A DNA stretch of 64,000 nucleotides, from positions 1,993 through 65,992 of the forward strand of contig JBGSSV010000194.1 in NCBI GenBank assembly GCA_041736875.1, written 5' to 3'. Origin of the DNA: Chthoniobacterales bacterium (lineage in GTDB: Bacteria; Verrucomicrobiota; Verrucomicrobiia; Chthoniobacterales; JACTMZ01). The notes beneath the pieces are model-generated. The model did not search any database and was not told where the DNA came from. It worked only from the letters and a program-made list of their open reading frames with translations. Shown one piece after another: positions 34,635 to 44,132 of this stretch (the first letter of the stretch is position 1; each line of letters begins with the position of its first letter). A program made the translations under genes and the position numbers.

Positions 34635-35756
34635 TCATGGCGCTGGAGTTTGAGTCGTCCCGGCCGACGCCTTGGGGGGGAGCACGCGTGGAGAAAACAC
34701 GGGGGCATCGAGGAAGCTCGTCTCGCCGGTGTTGGCGTCAATCGTCCAAGGGCGGGGTTCGGGCAGCCAGAGTTTGCCGCCGCCGATCTCGAGAGGCATC
34801 CAGAGATAGCGACTGTCGTCCAGGGCGGGCGGCCACCACATGTCGCCCATGTAGATGACGGATGTTTTTTTCGAACCCACGACCTTGAGGATGTAAGAGG
34901 ACTGGGAGCCGTAGGTCTTCTTCCCGGGCGGCGCGATGTCCTTGAATTCCGACCATGGGCCGGCGAGCGAGGTGGCCGTGGCGTATTGGTTGTTGTTGGG
35001 CGTCCACCCGCTCATGAACGACGCGATGAGGTAATAGAGGCCGTCGTGTTTCACGAGCGAGCCACCCTCGAGGGGAGATTTGATGAAACAAACCTCGCGC
35101 ACGACATCCAGGTAGTCGTCGGAAAGGGCGGCGATGAAGAAGCCCTGTGTCGGGCGCGACTCGAAGATGAGGTAAGGCGTGCCATCATCGTCGATGAACT
35201 GGCCGATGTCGCGGCTCTCCTGCCCGAGTGGACGGAAGCTGCGAATGTAGGTGTAGTCGCCGTCGATGGTGTCGGAGACGGCAACACCGACGCGGGCGAG
35301 GCTGTAGGCGCTCCCTTTGTCCGTGCCATCCCGCGTGCCGTCGATGTGCATATACATGACGTATTTTCCGGTCTTCGGGTTGTGGAAGACTTTGGGCCGC
35401 TCGAGAACCCAGCGGGGGCCGAGCTTCTCGGGGTCGGCGGACTTGAAAACCTGGCGGCGGAATTCCCAATTGATGAGATCTTTTGAGCTATAGCAGGAGA
35501 CGAAGCGCCAGCCCGGGGTATTGTCCGCCGCGCGATCCTCACCGAACCAGTAATAGGTATCGCCTTTCTTAAGGATGCCGCTGCCGTGCGCTTGAATGTG
35601 GCGTCCGCGGTCGTCGGGCCAGATTTCGCCCGGCATGATATGGGTGCGCGGCGAGGACGTGGCGTGAGCCGAGGTGGCAAGGAGAGCTGACATGAGAATG
35701 GTGAGGGGCACTTTGATAACAACGGTCGTCAAAGATCGGGAGGCGGTAAGGTGCAA
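34635..35756 (-). CDS. secreted GH43 hydrolase, exo-beta-1,3-galactanase-like (GH43_24-like)
   Basis: HIQAHGSGILKKGDTYYWFGEDR and GKYVMYMHID resemble the QAHGGG/YYWFGE blocks of GH43 exo-1,3-galactanases. The N-terminus is hydrophobic (LTILMSALLATSAHA). The stop is 1 nt from the GH35 start. Confidence 0.75.
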   Translation of the reverse strand: MHLTASRSLTTVVIKVPLTILMSALLATSAHATSSPRTHIMPGEIWPDDRGRHIQAHGSGILKKGDTYYWFGEDRAADNTPGWRFVSCYSSKDLINWEFRRQVFKSADPEKLGPRWVLERPKVFHNPKTGKYVMYMHIDGTRDGTDKGSAYSLARVGVAVSDTIDGDYTYIRSFRPLGQESRDIGQFIDDDGTPYLIFESRPTQGFFIAALSDDYLDVVREVCFIKSPLEGGSLVKHDGLYYLIASFMSGWTPNNNQYATATSLAGPWSEFKDIAPPGKKTYGSQSSYILKVVGSKKTSVIYMGDMWWPPALDDSRYLWMPLEIGGGKLWLPEPRPWTIDANTGETSFLDAPVFSPRVLPPKASAGTTQTPAP

Positions 35757-35770
35757 AGCCGAGAGCGCAC

Positions 35771-37120
35771 TTAGGGCCGCGCCGATTCCGACTTGGAGGC
35801 GGATCCTTCGCCGCTTGACTCCAAAACCTGGAACGGCAGCACGCTGGCAGAAGTGCCACCTTTGTTGTCATTGGCATAGACCATGACGAGATATTCGCCC
35901 GGAGTTTCGGGTGCGTTGACGACGGCGTTCTCGCCGGAGGCATGCTTGAAGGGGCCGGCGATGTTGGTGACCTTGCGGGCCTTGGACCGCAGGATCCATG
36001 TGACAAACTCGACCATGTCGCCATTCGAGTCGTCCGCGGCGAAGTTCATGGACAGGGCTTCACCTGGCGCAGCGGCTCTTGATTTCGCGCCGCCTGCGAA
36101 CTCCAGCTTGGAGAGCACCGGCGCGCGGTTGCCGACCATGGTCTGGCCGGTGAAATGTTCGGTCATCGCATCGGCTTGCGGAGTCCGCAGCAAACCGTCG
36201 AACGACTCACCTTCCTTCGGACCTTCCGGATCGGGGGAGAGAAGCGTGCTGAAGTAAGTCGGCCGGTCGTCTGTCGCGTAGTGCCCCCAGACGAAGATCG
36301 TCGAACCCAAGCAGAGCGGTGATTCATCGATCGCGACATAGCAATCCTTGAGGTCGCTCACCTTGCGGGTCACGGGCTCGTCCAGCGGCACGTCCCACTC
36401 GGTTTTGTTGAAGTTCCATGGCCCGTTGGCGTTGAACTCCGACACGTAGAAGGGTTTGCCCCAGTGTTGCTCGGCGTTCTTGATCCCACCTCGGACCGCG
36501 CCCCGGCTGTAGGCTTGGATCCCCAAGACATCGAGATCGGGCGCAAATTTCTTGATCTTTTCGATGTGCTCGGGCTTCGCGTTGATCATGGTCAGGCTGG
36601 TGAGGTGGTGGGGAAAACGTTTGTGAATCTCCTCCGACATCCGGTTGACCACGCGCAGGTAGGGTTCGTCGAGGTGGACTTCGTTGCCCAGGCCCCACAT
36701 GAGGAGGGCCGGATGGTCGCCGATCCCTTCGATCTTCTTGATCAGGTTCTCCACCGTCAGATCACCCTTCGCGTTGTAGTCGAAATCCCACAGGTGCCCC
36801 TCCTTGCTTTTGTTCTCGCCGTGGTGCGGCATCCACTCGCTGACGATCATCTTCATGCCGAGGCGTTCGGCATGATCGAGTTTCTTCTTCATGACCTCGG
36901 GTTCTTCGATAGTGTAGCCGCGCACGGTGTTGACCCCGAGCGTGGCCAGGCGGCCCAGATCACGATCGCCGCACACGCCCTTGATCTGGAAGTTTTCGAA
37001 GCGTTCGAAACGGTCGCGGTCGGTTGCGGACATGCCTTCGGGGATGGTGAAGGGCCGGGCAGGCGCGGAGGAGGCGAGGAGGAACAAGCCAAGCGAGGCG
37101 ATGCGGATGGTGGTTTTCAT
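35771..37120 (-). CDS. secreted clan GH-A (beta/alpha)8 glycoside hydrolase, family unresolved, with C-terminal Ig-like domain (paralog A)
   Basis: Signal peptide MKTTIRIASLGLFLLASSAPA. FQIKGVCGD...GVNTVRGYTI, LLMWGLGNEVH (NE acid/base) and PFYVSEFN (nucleophile Glu) are present. The tail NRAPVLSKLEF...EYLVMVYANDNKGG is Ig-like. Confidence 0.7.
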   Translation of the reverse strand: MKTTIRIASLGLFLLASSAPARPFTIPEGMSATDRDRFERFENFQIKGVCGDRDLGRLATLGVNTVRGYTIEEPEVMKKKLDHAERLGMKMIVSEWMPHHGENKSKEGHLWDFDYNAKGDLTVENLIKKIEGIGDHPALLMWGLGNEVHLDEPYLRVVNRMSEEIHKRFPHHLTSLTMINAKPEHIEKIKKFAPDLDVLGIQAYSRGAVRGGIKNAEQHWGKPFYVSEFNANGPWNFNKTEWDVPLDEPVTRKVSDLKDCYVAIDESPLCLGSTIFVWGHYATDDRPTYFSTLLSPDPEGPKEGESFDGLLRTPQADAMTEHFTGQTMVGNRAPVLSKLEFAGGAKSRAAAPGEALSMNFAADDSNGDMVEFVTWILRSKARKVTNIAGPFKHASGENAVVNAPETPGEYLVMVYANDNKGGTSASVLPFQVLESSGEGSASKSESARP

Positions 37121-37155
37121 AAAGATTGAGTGATTAGTCTATGCAGTTGTTGGTG

Positions 37156-38985
37156 TTATTGGCCGAAGATTCTGACGGCCCGGAGGTGCAGAGCATCGGG
37201 CTTTTCCAAGCGACGCTCGAGCTTCACGTAGCGGGCATCCCGGCCGGGGATGTGCGCCCCGGCCACGAAGCTGGTCACAGGAATCTCCCAAGTGTCGGAG
37301 ACGTCGGATGAGGTCCAGATCTCCTCCCATGTCTCACCGTCCACCGAGAGGGAGACGACCACGCCGGCCTTCCGCTCGGGATACCCTTCCCGGTTTTGGA
37401 TCAGGATGCCACGGAGACTGCGCTTTTCGCCGAGGTCAATGATGGCGTGAGGATTGGTTTCTTCGCCGGTGTGGAAAGCGAACTGCTCGCCCGCCAGAGA
37501 CCCCTTGAACAGGTGCGCGTGGTTGGCACGGTTGTCCCATTTTGAGGCGGAACTGAGTTCGAGCGTGGCTTGGTCGGAAATCACGCCGCCATACTCGGGC
37601 GCGTCAAACATGGATTTCCACCTCTTGGGATGGATGATCTGTGTGCTCGGTGCATCGAGCGTCAACTCGACCACGGTGCAGAGCGGGTCCTCGGCCCCGG
37701 CGGGAACTGTGATTTCCAATTGCTCGCCGGTTTGCCGGAAGGGAACTTCCAGGCCGCCGTGGATCTGCGCTTTGAGGACTTTGGGCTCCAAGCCTTCAAG
37801 CTGCAGTTTGTTGCCCTGCGGCATGCTCTTGATGTGCAGGTAGACCGACTTGCCCCGGCGGACGCTGCCGCCCCACTGGTCAGGAGTCCAAGGACCGCCG
37901 CGCGTTCCGTAGATGGCTTGGGCGTTTTTCTTCATCCAATCGCCCACGGCCGCGAGCGAAGCGATTTGATCCGGAGCAAATGCACCGCTCCATTTCGGCC
38001 CCCAGCTCATGAGCATGTTGCCGTCACCGCAGAGTGTGCTGACCAGCATGTCCACCAGCTGCTTGGGTGATTTGGTCGGGGTCTCGCTGTAGGACCACGT
38101 GGCGCACAGGCACATGCAGCTTTCCCAAGGACGATGGCTCTGGAAGCTCCCGATCTTCTGCTCGGGGGTGTCGAAATCGCCCGGCAGGCTGGCCCGGTTG
38201 TTGATAATGATGCCGGGCTGCAGCTCGCGGATCATTCGGGTGAGGTGTTCGGCGTCCCACATCTCGGGCGTGAACATGCCGCCCCATGTCAAGGCATCGA
38301 ACCAGAAGATATCCACCTTGCCGTAGTTCGTGCAGAGTTCGCGGACGGCTTCGTTTTGATATTTGATGTAGCTTTGGTGCTTCTCGCCCTGCCAGTTGGT
38401 CGGTTCGTAATCCGGGTGAACCCAGTCGCGTTGTGAGTAGTAGATGCCTAACTTCATTCCTGCCTCATGACAGGCCTCCGCGACCTCCTTGAGGAAATCG
38501 CGGCCAAACGGCGTGTTCGTCACCTTGAAGTCGGAGAGCTTTGTGTCCCACAGGTGGAAGCCATCATGGTGCTTGGCGATGACCACGATGTATTTCATCC
38601 CGGCCTCCTGGGCGTGCTTCACAAGCCGCTTCGCATCGAAGCCGGGCAGACGGAATTCCTCCTTCCAAGTCATCCACTCCGAGGCTGGATAGGGTCCGGC
38701 GCCCTTGTCCGGCGCCTTGCGCACCTGGCAGACGCCCCAGCTTAACTCGGCATTCTTGTAGGTGGAGAGTCCGAAGTGGACGAACATCCCGTATTTTGCA
38801 TCACGGAACCACTGGATTTCCTCAGGTGGGGCGAAGTTGCTTTTGTTCCAGTCCTCCTCCGAAAACACTTCGAAGGCATGACTCGGATTCCTCGGGCGGG
38901 GATCATCTTCTAAAACAGACCACATGGCAGACAGTGAGGAGTTGAGGACTACGAATGCGACCGTGGCGGGAAGAAGTCTTTTCAT
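37156..38985 (-). CDS. secreted alpha-L-fucosidase, GH29, with C-terminal discoidin-like domain
   Basis: AKYGMFVHFGLSTY and VIAKHHDGFHLWDT are the GH29 blocks. The tail reads HAIIDLGEKRSLRGILIQNREGYPERKAGVVVSLSVDGETWEEIW. Confidence 0.9.
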   Translation of the reverse strand: MKRLLPATVAFVVLNSSLSAMWSVLEDDPRPRNPSHAFEVFSEEDWNKSNFAPPEEIQWFRDAKYGMFVHFGLSTYKNAELSWGVCQVRKAPDKGAGPYPASEWMTWKEEFRLPGFDAKRLVKHAQEAGMKYIVVIAKHHDGFHLWDTKLSDFKVTNTPFGRDFLKEVAEACHEAGMKLGIYYSQRDWVHPDYEPTNWQGEKHQSYIKYQNEAVRELCTNYGKVDIFWFDALTWGGMFTPEMWDAEHLTRMIRELQPGIIINNRASLPGDFDTPEQKIGSFQSHRPWESCMCLCATWSYSETPTKSPKQLVDMLVSTLCGDGNMLMSWGPKWSGAFAPDQIASLAAVGDWMKKNAQAIYGTRGGPWTPDQWGGSVRRGKSVYLHIKSMPQGNKLQLEGLEPKVLKAQIHGGLEVPFRQTGEQLEITVPAGAEDPLCTVVELTLDAPSTQIIHPKRWKSMFDAPEYGGVISDQATLELSSASKWDNRANHAHLFKGSLAGEQFAFHTGEETNPHAIIDLGEKRSLRGILIQNREGYPERKAGVVVSLSVDGETWEEIWTSSDVSDTWEIPVTSFVAGAHIPGRDARYVKLERRLEKPDALHLRAVRIFGQ

Positions 38986-38997
38986 CGGGTCGTTCTC

Positions 38998-41225
38998 TCA
39001 AGGCGCAGTCATGAAAGTCCACTTCACGTCCCCGTAGCTCCATTTCTTGCCGTTGGCATCAGGGGTGACAGTGCCGACCCACTTTCCAGCAGAGTCCTTG
39101 GCGACGGCCAGGCCGGTCCAGGAGTGATCGCCCTTCTCGAAGTTGAAGGTCTCGCCGTCGTCGTCGTAGAGATTGAGTTGGCCGGGGGTCTCACCGTAGT
39201 GACGGACCTCAAGCGCGACGGTCTCGCCGGCGGCGGGGGTCCTGAAGCGAGGCTCAATCATCGGGATAAGTGCTCCATCTTTGACAAAAACCGGAATGTG
39301 GTCGAGCGAAGGCGTCACCTCGATGCTCTCGTTGGCCCCGGCGAACTTACCGGTGTAAAGGTCATACCATTTGCCAGCGGGAAGGAGGACCGAGCGGGTC
39401 GTCACACCCGGTGCGATGGGAGCGACGAGGAGGGAGTCGCCAAACATATACTGATCCTTGATCTCACGGGCAGCGGGCGGGACTTCGTAGGGGTTGGCCG
39501 TGGCGTCTAACTTACCGACCTTGGCCTCTGGTGCGTCGGCGGTGATAACAGCGGCCAGTTGCATCGGCCGGATGGGCGGCGTGCCCTCGTAACGATACTG
39601 GGCGAAGGTGTTATAGAGATAGGGCAGCAAACGGCCCCGCAGCACGATGGCCTCGCGGACGTAATCCTTCACCTCGGGGTGCGACCAGAGCTTCTCATCG
39701 GACGCCCAGCCGTTGTAGAGGGCGAGCGGGGAGAAGCACACGGCTTGCGTCCGGCGAAGCATGTCCTCGCCGTTCTTGCTGCCGCGGACTTCGGGCGACC
39801 AGAGCACGCCGGCGAAGCCGCTGTTCACGAGGGCGGTGATGTATTCGCCAAACTCATAGTTGTCGTTGTAGATGACAAACGGATACGGCGAAGCCCCCGC
39901 GTTGGTGCCGCGGACCTGCCCCAAGGTGCGGCGGTTGGCCTCATGGAAAAGATCAAAGACGATCTTTTGGAGAAGCAGGCCGTAGGTCTGACGCAGTTGC
40001 TCGCCGTCGCGACCCGAGGGGAAGAGCGAGGCATCGGGCCAGAGATATCTGTCGAAGCCGTCAACCTCGTCGATTTTGAATCCGCCGATGGCGGCGGGAT
40101 TCAGGTCAATGACGGCGCGCTTGAGATGGTCGGCGAAAATCTTTTGTGCCTCGGGCATGGTGAAGTCGGACACGAGGCCATTCCAAACCAAATGCGTGCC
40201 GGCGTAGGGGAGCAGCTTCTGGTAAAGCGGAGTCGAAGGCGGACCGACGTAGGGATTGAACCACAGGTTTGCACGAATGCCGGATGCGGCGAGTTGGTCG
40301 AGAAAGCCCTTGGGGTCAGGGAAGCGGGTTTTATCCCACTCGAAAGAGCACGGGTAGGCGTGATCCATCCAACCGGGCTCGAGGCCGATCATGTCGAGCG
40401 GGATGCCGTGTTGTTTGAATTCGGCAATGTCGGCGAGCACCTGATCCGCCGTGTAATTGGTGCGGACGCGATTCATGAACCCAAGGCCCCACTTGGGCGG
40501 GAGGGCGCCACCGCCGGAATAAAGATTGTAGCGGCGGACGGCATCCAGCGGGCTCGGCCCGGCGAAGACGTAAACGTCCATGCCGGGGGCATTGGCCAGC
40601 ACTTCAATCGAGTCGGAACGGGGGTGCGCGTCCCACTGAGCGTTCGTCCATGCGCCTTCTGGCGAGGAGGGCATGATCTTGTTGCTCGTGCGGTCAACGA
40701 CGGGCGGCTTGTCTTTGGCGGCAAGGCGGACGCCATGGCCGACGGTGACCTTGAGGTAGCGGGCCGTGTCGAACAGGACGGCGCAAAGCCCTTGGTTGAA
40801 ACGTAGAGCGGCACCGGGGCATGCGTGCGGCCCGTGATGGCGCGCTTGCTGTCCCAGTGATCCACGTGGAGTTCAAACACGCCTCCATTGCGGCGCATGG
40901 AGGAAAAGTCCACGCCGAGGCCATAAATGTCTTCGTTGCCACCAAAAGGAAAACGAACGGCGGTCTTGGAGTTGAAGTTGCGGCCCTCGATCTCCGCGGG
41001 GTCGAGCGGGAAACCGGCCTGAGGCATCCGAGCCAGGGCCTGGCGCAACGGCGTGCTGCCGGCGGCACCGAGCAGGGTGAGCGAGTCGGCCTGACCGATG
41101 GTTGTCTTCCATACGCCGGGCGCGACTTCGTCCCAAGCCGGGGTGATCGGTGTCGGGATGGCAGCTTGCATGGTCGCGGCGAGCAGAAGATTGAGCAGAG
41201 CGGCAGGCAGAAGGGGTGGTTTCAT
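38998..41225 (-). pseudogene. GH31 alpha-glycosidase split by a 1-nt frameshift near 40782-40790 (true pseudogene or assembly error)
   Basis: ORF 40473..41225 makes sense (signal peptide plus N-domain) up to HAPVPLYVSTKGF and then becomes A/P/S/R junk. The adjacent frame is open from there. It reads CAVLFDTARYLKVTVGHGVRLAAKDKPPVV...IMPSSPEG and continues into ORF 38998..40674 (KWGLGFMNRV, GIPLDMIGLEPGWMD, GGFKIDEVDG). Loss of one G in an ancestral GGC TTT GGC GCC would explain the split. Confidence 0.75.
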
Positions 41226-41250
41226 ACAGGTTCAGCCCACGACGGGAATA

Positions 41251-42597
41251 CTACGGCTGCGCTCCTTCGATGGTGGTTGGAGGACTTTTGGCGGCGGAAT
41301 CTGGCACCTTGAGGGCGATGGTGCTCGCAGATGCCCCACCTTTGTTGTCCTGGGCATAGACCATGAGGAGGTATTCGCCGGGGGTCTCCGGCGCTCTAAG
41401 CACCGCGTGTTCCGGGGACGCCTGCAGGAATGGACCGGCCACGGATTTGGTCGGGCGGGCTTTGGCGTCAAGAATCCAGGTGACGAATTCCACCGTGTCG
41501 TCGTTCGGATCCAGCGCCTCGAAGCGCACGGTCATCGGCTCACCGGGGGCGGCCAATCTTGAGGCCAAGCCGCCCTCAAACTCTAGTTTGACGAGGACAG
41601 GGGCGCGGTTGCCTGCGGGGGGATGGCCGGTGAAATTCTCGAACATGACCTCGGCCTGGGGCGTGATCATAAGGTCGTCGTAGGAGGCGTTCTTCGCAAT
41701 TCCGTTGGGATGGGAATTGAGCAACAGGCTGAAATAGGTCGGGCGGTAGCTGGTGGCGTGCCCCCACAAAAAAATCGTGGATCCCAAGCACAAGGGCGAG
41801 GCATCGATGGCAGCGTAACATCCGATCAGGTCGTTTACTTTCCGGTTCACCGGCTCGTCAAGCTCCACGCCCCAGTCGGTTTTCCCGAAGTTCCAGGGTC
41901 CCTTGGTATTGAACTCGGACATGTAGAATGGTTTGCCCCAGACGGCTTCGGCCTTCTTGATCGAGCCGCCGACCGCACCAAGGCTGTAGCTCTGCACCCC
42001 AAGGACGTCGATGTCCGGGGCGTATTCCTTGATCGCCGCAACACCCTCTTCCTTGACATTGATCACCGTCAGGCTGGTGAGGTGATGAGGGAAGCGCTTG
42101 TGAATCTCCTCCGACATGCGGTTGGCGACGCGCAGGTAGGGCTCATCGAGGGGAACCTCATTGCCGAGGCCCCACATGAGAAGCGCAGGATGGTCCCCGA
42201 TGCCCTCAACCTTGGTGATGAGGTCTGCGATCATTTTCTCCCCCCGGACCGCATAATCGAAATCCCACGAGGAGCCGTTGCGGCTTTTGTTTTCGCCTTG
42301 GTGCGGCATCCATTCACTGACAATCATCTTCATGCCGAGACGGTGGGCGTGATCAAGTTTCTCACGCATGGCCTCGACCGATGGGATGGTATAGCCCCGC
42401 ACCGTGTTGACGCCGAACGAGGCGAGCCGGTCCAGATCGGTATCCCCGCAAACGCCCTTGATTTGGAAGTTCTGGAAGCGGTCGAACCTTTTTCGCTCAA
42501 TTTCAGACATTCCCTCAGGGAGGACGAATGATTGGGCAAAGGCTGATCCCATCAGGAGCAACGCGATGAGTGGGGTGAGTCGAATGATTTGATTCAT
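41251..42597 (-). CDS. secreted clan GH-A glycoside hydrolase, family unresolved (paralog B of 35771..37120)
   Basis: ATG at 42597 gives MNQIIRLTPLIALLLMGSAFA. It is collinear with paralog A: FQIKGVCGDTDLDRLASFGVNTVRGYTI, LLMWGLGNEVPLDEPYLRV, PFYMSEFNTKGPWNF and NRAPVLVKLEFEGG. Confidence 0.7.
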   Translation of the reverse strand: MNQIIRLTPLIALLLMGSAFAQSFVLPEGMSEIERKRFDRFQNFQIKGVCGDTDLDRLASFGVNTVRGYTIPSVEAMREKLDHAHRLGMKMIVSEWMPHQGENKSRNGSSWDFDYAVRGEKMIADLITKVEGIGDHPALLMWGLGNEVPLDEPYLRVANRMSEEIHKRFPHHLTSLTVINVKEEGVAAIKEYAPDIDVLGVQSYSLGAVGGSIKKAEAVWGKPFYMSEFNTKGPWNFGKTDWGVELDEPVNRKVNDLIGCYAAIDASPLCLGSTIFLWGHATSYRPTYFSLLLNSHPNGIAKNASYDDLMITPQAEVMFENFTGHPPAGNRAPVLVKLEFEGGLASRLAAPGEPMTVRFEALDPNDDTVEFVTWILDAKARPTKSVAGPFLQASPEHAVLRAPETPGEYLLMVYAQDNKGGASASTIALKVPDSAAKSPPTTIEGAQP

Positions 42598-42668
42598 AAA
42601 CACTTTGGCTAATCCGGAAAATCCGTGCAGTTTGAGGTTGGTGATGGGGTTGCCAAAGGAGGGGCGAC

Positions 42669-44030
42669 TCATGACTCCGGCGGACGGACCGGAGTCAACG
42701 CCTCAGCGCGTGCCCTCAATTCGGGCTCGCGCTCAATGTTGCGCTCGATGGCCCGGTTGATTTCCGAGGCCAGCTGCCGTGCGGCCTCCTCGGGGGTGAC
42801 CACGCGATTTTCCAGACGCCCAAGGCTTTCTTGGATCCAGCGTTGCACTTGGGCCGCATCGATGAAGGGGCTTGTTCCGGGAGGAACAGCATCACGGATG
42901 GCATCGACGAATACCTGGTGGAAGGCGGGGTCGGGGATGCCGCTGTTGGCCAGTGCGGTGCCATCCTGAGCCAACTCCGGGCTGGGTGGAAGCGCATCAC
43001 CATCGTCGACAATCGAACGGCCATACTCGGGACTGGTGAGGTGCACGAGGAACTTCACCGCGGCCTCGGGGTGGGCGGTCTTCGCATTGACGGCGACTCC
43101 CCTCGCGCGGGTGAACCCCCGCGAGGGCTGACCCGGCAGACGTGGCAGACGTGCAGCGGCGAGGTTGCCTTTGAGGTTGGGAAAACTGTCTACCTGCACC
43201 GTGAACCAACGCCCGATAATGATCATGGCCGCCTCGCCCGAGGAAAACCAGTTGATGCCGCCGGCGCCGAACCCACCCTGGCTGGACATGGCCGCGGTTT
43301 GCTCGGGCGGCGGGAGGACACCGTCCACGAACATCAAGTCATGGTAGTGCTTGAAGGCGGCGACCGCTGCGGGCGAATCCAGCCGGCTGGTCCGTCCGTC
43401 TTCACTGAAGAAACGCCCGCCATGGGCCACCAGCAATTCGGTGAACATGTCGGGAGGGGCGTAGTGCGCTACGGCAATATGCTCCTTGCCGCTCTTCGAG
43501 GGCGCATCCTTGATTGCTTTGGCCGATGCCACGAAATCGTCCCAAGTCCAGTCGGCCCTCGGATAAGCAACCCCGTGGTCGTCGAAAATCGCCTTGTTAT
43601 AGAGCACAGCCTGCACGTTCACGTTGGCAGGGAAACGGTATTGTCGCCCGTCCATCATCAGCGCCTCACGAATCGCCGGAAACGTTTTCGACGGATCAAA
43701 TCCGTGTTCCTTGGCCAAGTCGGTCAAGTCGAGCAAGAGCCCGGCCTGCACCATGCTGTTCATCACGGATTCCGAGACGTCCATGAGGTCGGGTCCGACC
43801 CCTGTTGCGCATTGCACAAGGAGCTTGGTGGAGTCCCCCGTCTCGGTGACGACTTGCAAGCCGGGATTGGATTGCGCAAACCCCGCGGTTTGACGGTCGC
43901 GGGCCGGGTTGGGGTCAGTTGCCCATCGCAGGACGACCTCGCTTTCCCCGGCCTGCGGCTTGAGCGTGCCGACAGCGAGGGCGTAGAAGCCGAGAAAGAC
44001 GATGAAGGCCGCAGCAAAGATGTATTTCAT
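42669..44030 (-). CDS. ABC-transporter extracellular solute-binding protein (family 1, sugar type), N-terminally anchored
   Basis: MKYIFAAAFIVFLGFYALAV is the anchor. VVLRWATDPNPARDRQTAGF...GPDLMDV and the overall ~450-aa pattern are typical of carbohydrate binding proteins. No intact permease or ATPase gene lies nearby. Confidence 0.75.
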   Translation of the reverse strand: MKYIFAAAFIVFLGFYALAVGTLKPQAGESEVVLRWATDPNPARDRQTAGFAQSNPGLQVVTETGDSTKLLVQCATGVGPDLMDVSESVMNSMVQAGLLLDLTDLAKEHGFDPSKTFPAIREALMMDGRQYRFPANVNVQAVLYNKAIFDDHGVAYPRADWTWDDFVASAKAIKDAPSKSGKEHIAVAHYAPPDMFTELLVAHGGRFFSEDGRTSRLDSPAAVAAFKHYHDLMFVDGVLPPPEQTAAMSSQGGFGAGGINWFSSGEAAMIIIGRWFTVQVDSFPNLKGNLAAARLPRLPGQPSRGFTRARGVAVNAKTAHPEAAVKFLVHLTSPEYGRSIVDDGDALPPSPELAQDGTALANSGIPDPAFHQVFVDAIRDAVPPGTSPFIDAAQVQRWIQESLGRLENRVVTPEEAARQLASEINRAIERNIEREPELRARAEALTPVRPPES

Positions 44031-44132
44031 CGCCTGACGCCCCGGAATTGCCGTCCCTTGACGACGAACCTCTGGAATACGACGCAGGTCACGATGAGCG
44101 GCGCAATCTTCATGACGGCCAAAAAGCCAAGA
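44027..44132 (-). pseudogene. vestigial 3' end of an ABC sugar-permease gene
   Basis: The minus-strand frame reads ...LGFLAVMKIAPLIVTCVVFQRFVVKGRQFRGVRR*. The P-L-I-V-x-x-V-F-Q-R-F-V-x-G stretch matches the conserved C-terminal helix of MalF/MalG-type permeases. Its TGA overlaps the binding-protein ATG as ATGA. Upstream it is cut off by the stop of the 44133 gene. Confidence 0.45.

Noticed and set aside
32354-34858. Very long ORFs antisense to annotated genes: 32354..34858 (834 aa), 42831..45350 (839 aa), 7879..9561 (560 aa), 6660..8189 (509 aa), 48933..50504 (523 aa), 55318..56973 (551 aa), 57436..58767 (443 aa), 46045..47271 (408 aa), 39559..40806 (415 aa), 60462..61517 (351 aa) and 26103..27263 (386 aa).
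   Set aside because: Their translations are low-complexity strings rich in R, G, A, V, D and E with no motifs. Each lies opposite a gene with clear family signatures. G+C-rich genomes with a strong third-position bias routinely lack stops on the antisense strand.
40775-40795. Programmed -1 ribosomal frameshifting as an explanation for the split GH31 gene.
   Set aside because: There is no X XXY YYZ slippery heptamer at the junction (AAG GGC TTT GCG), and I recognise no downstream pseudoknot. A simple 1-nt deletion or sequencing error is more economical.
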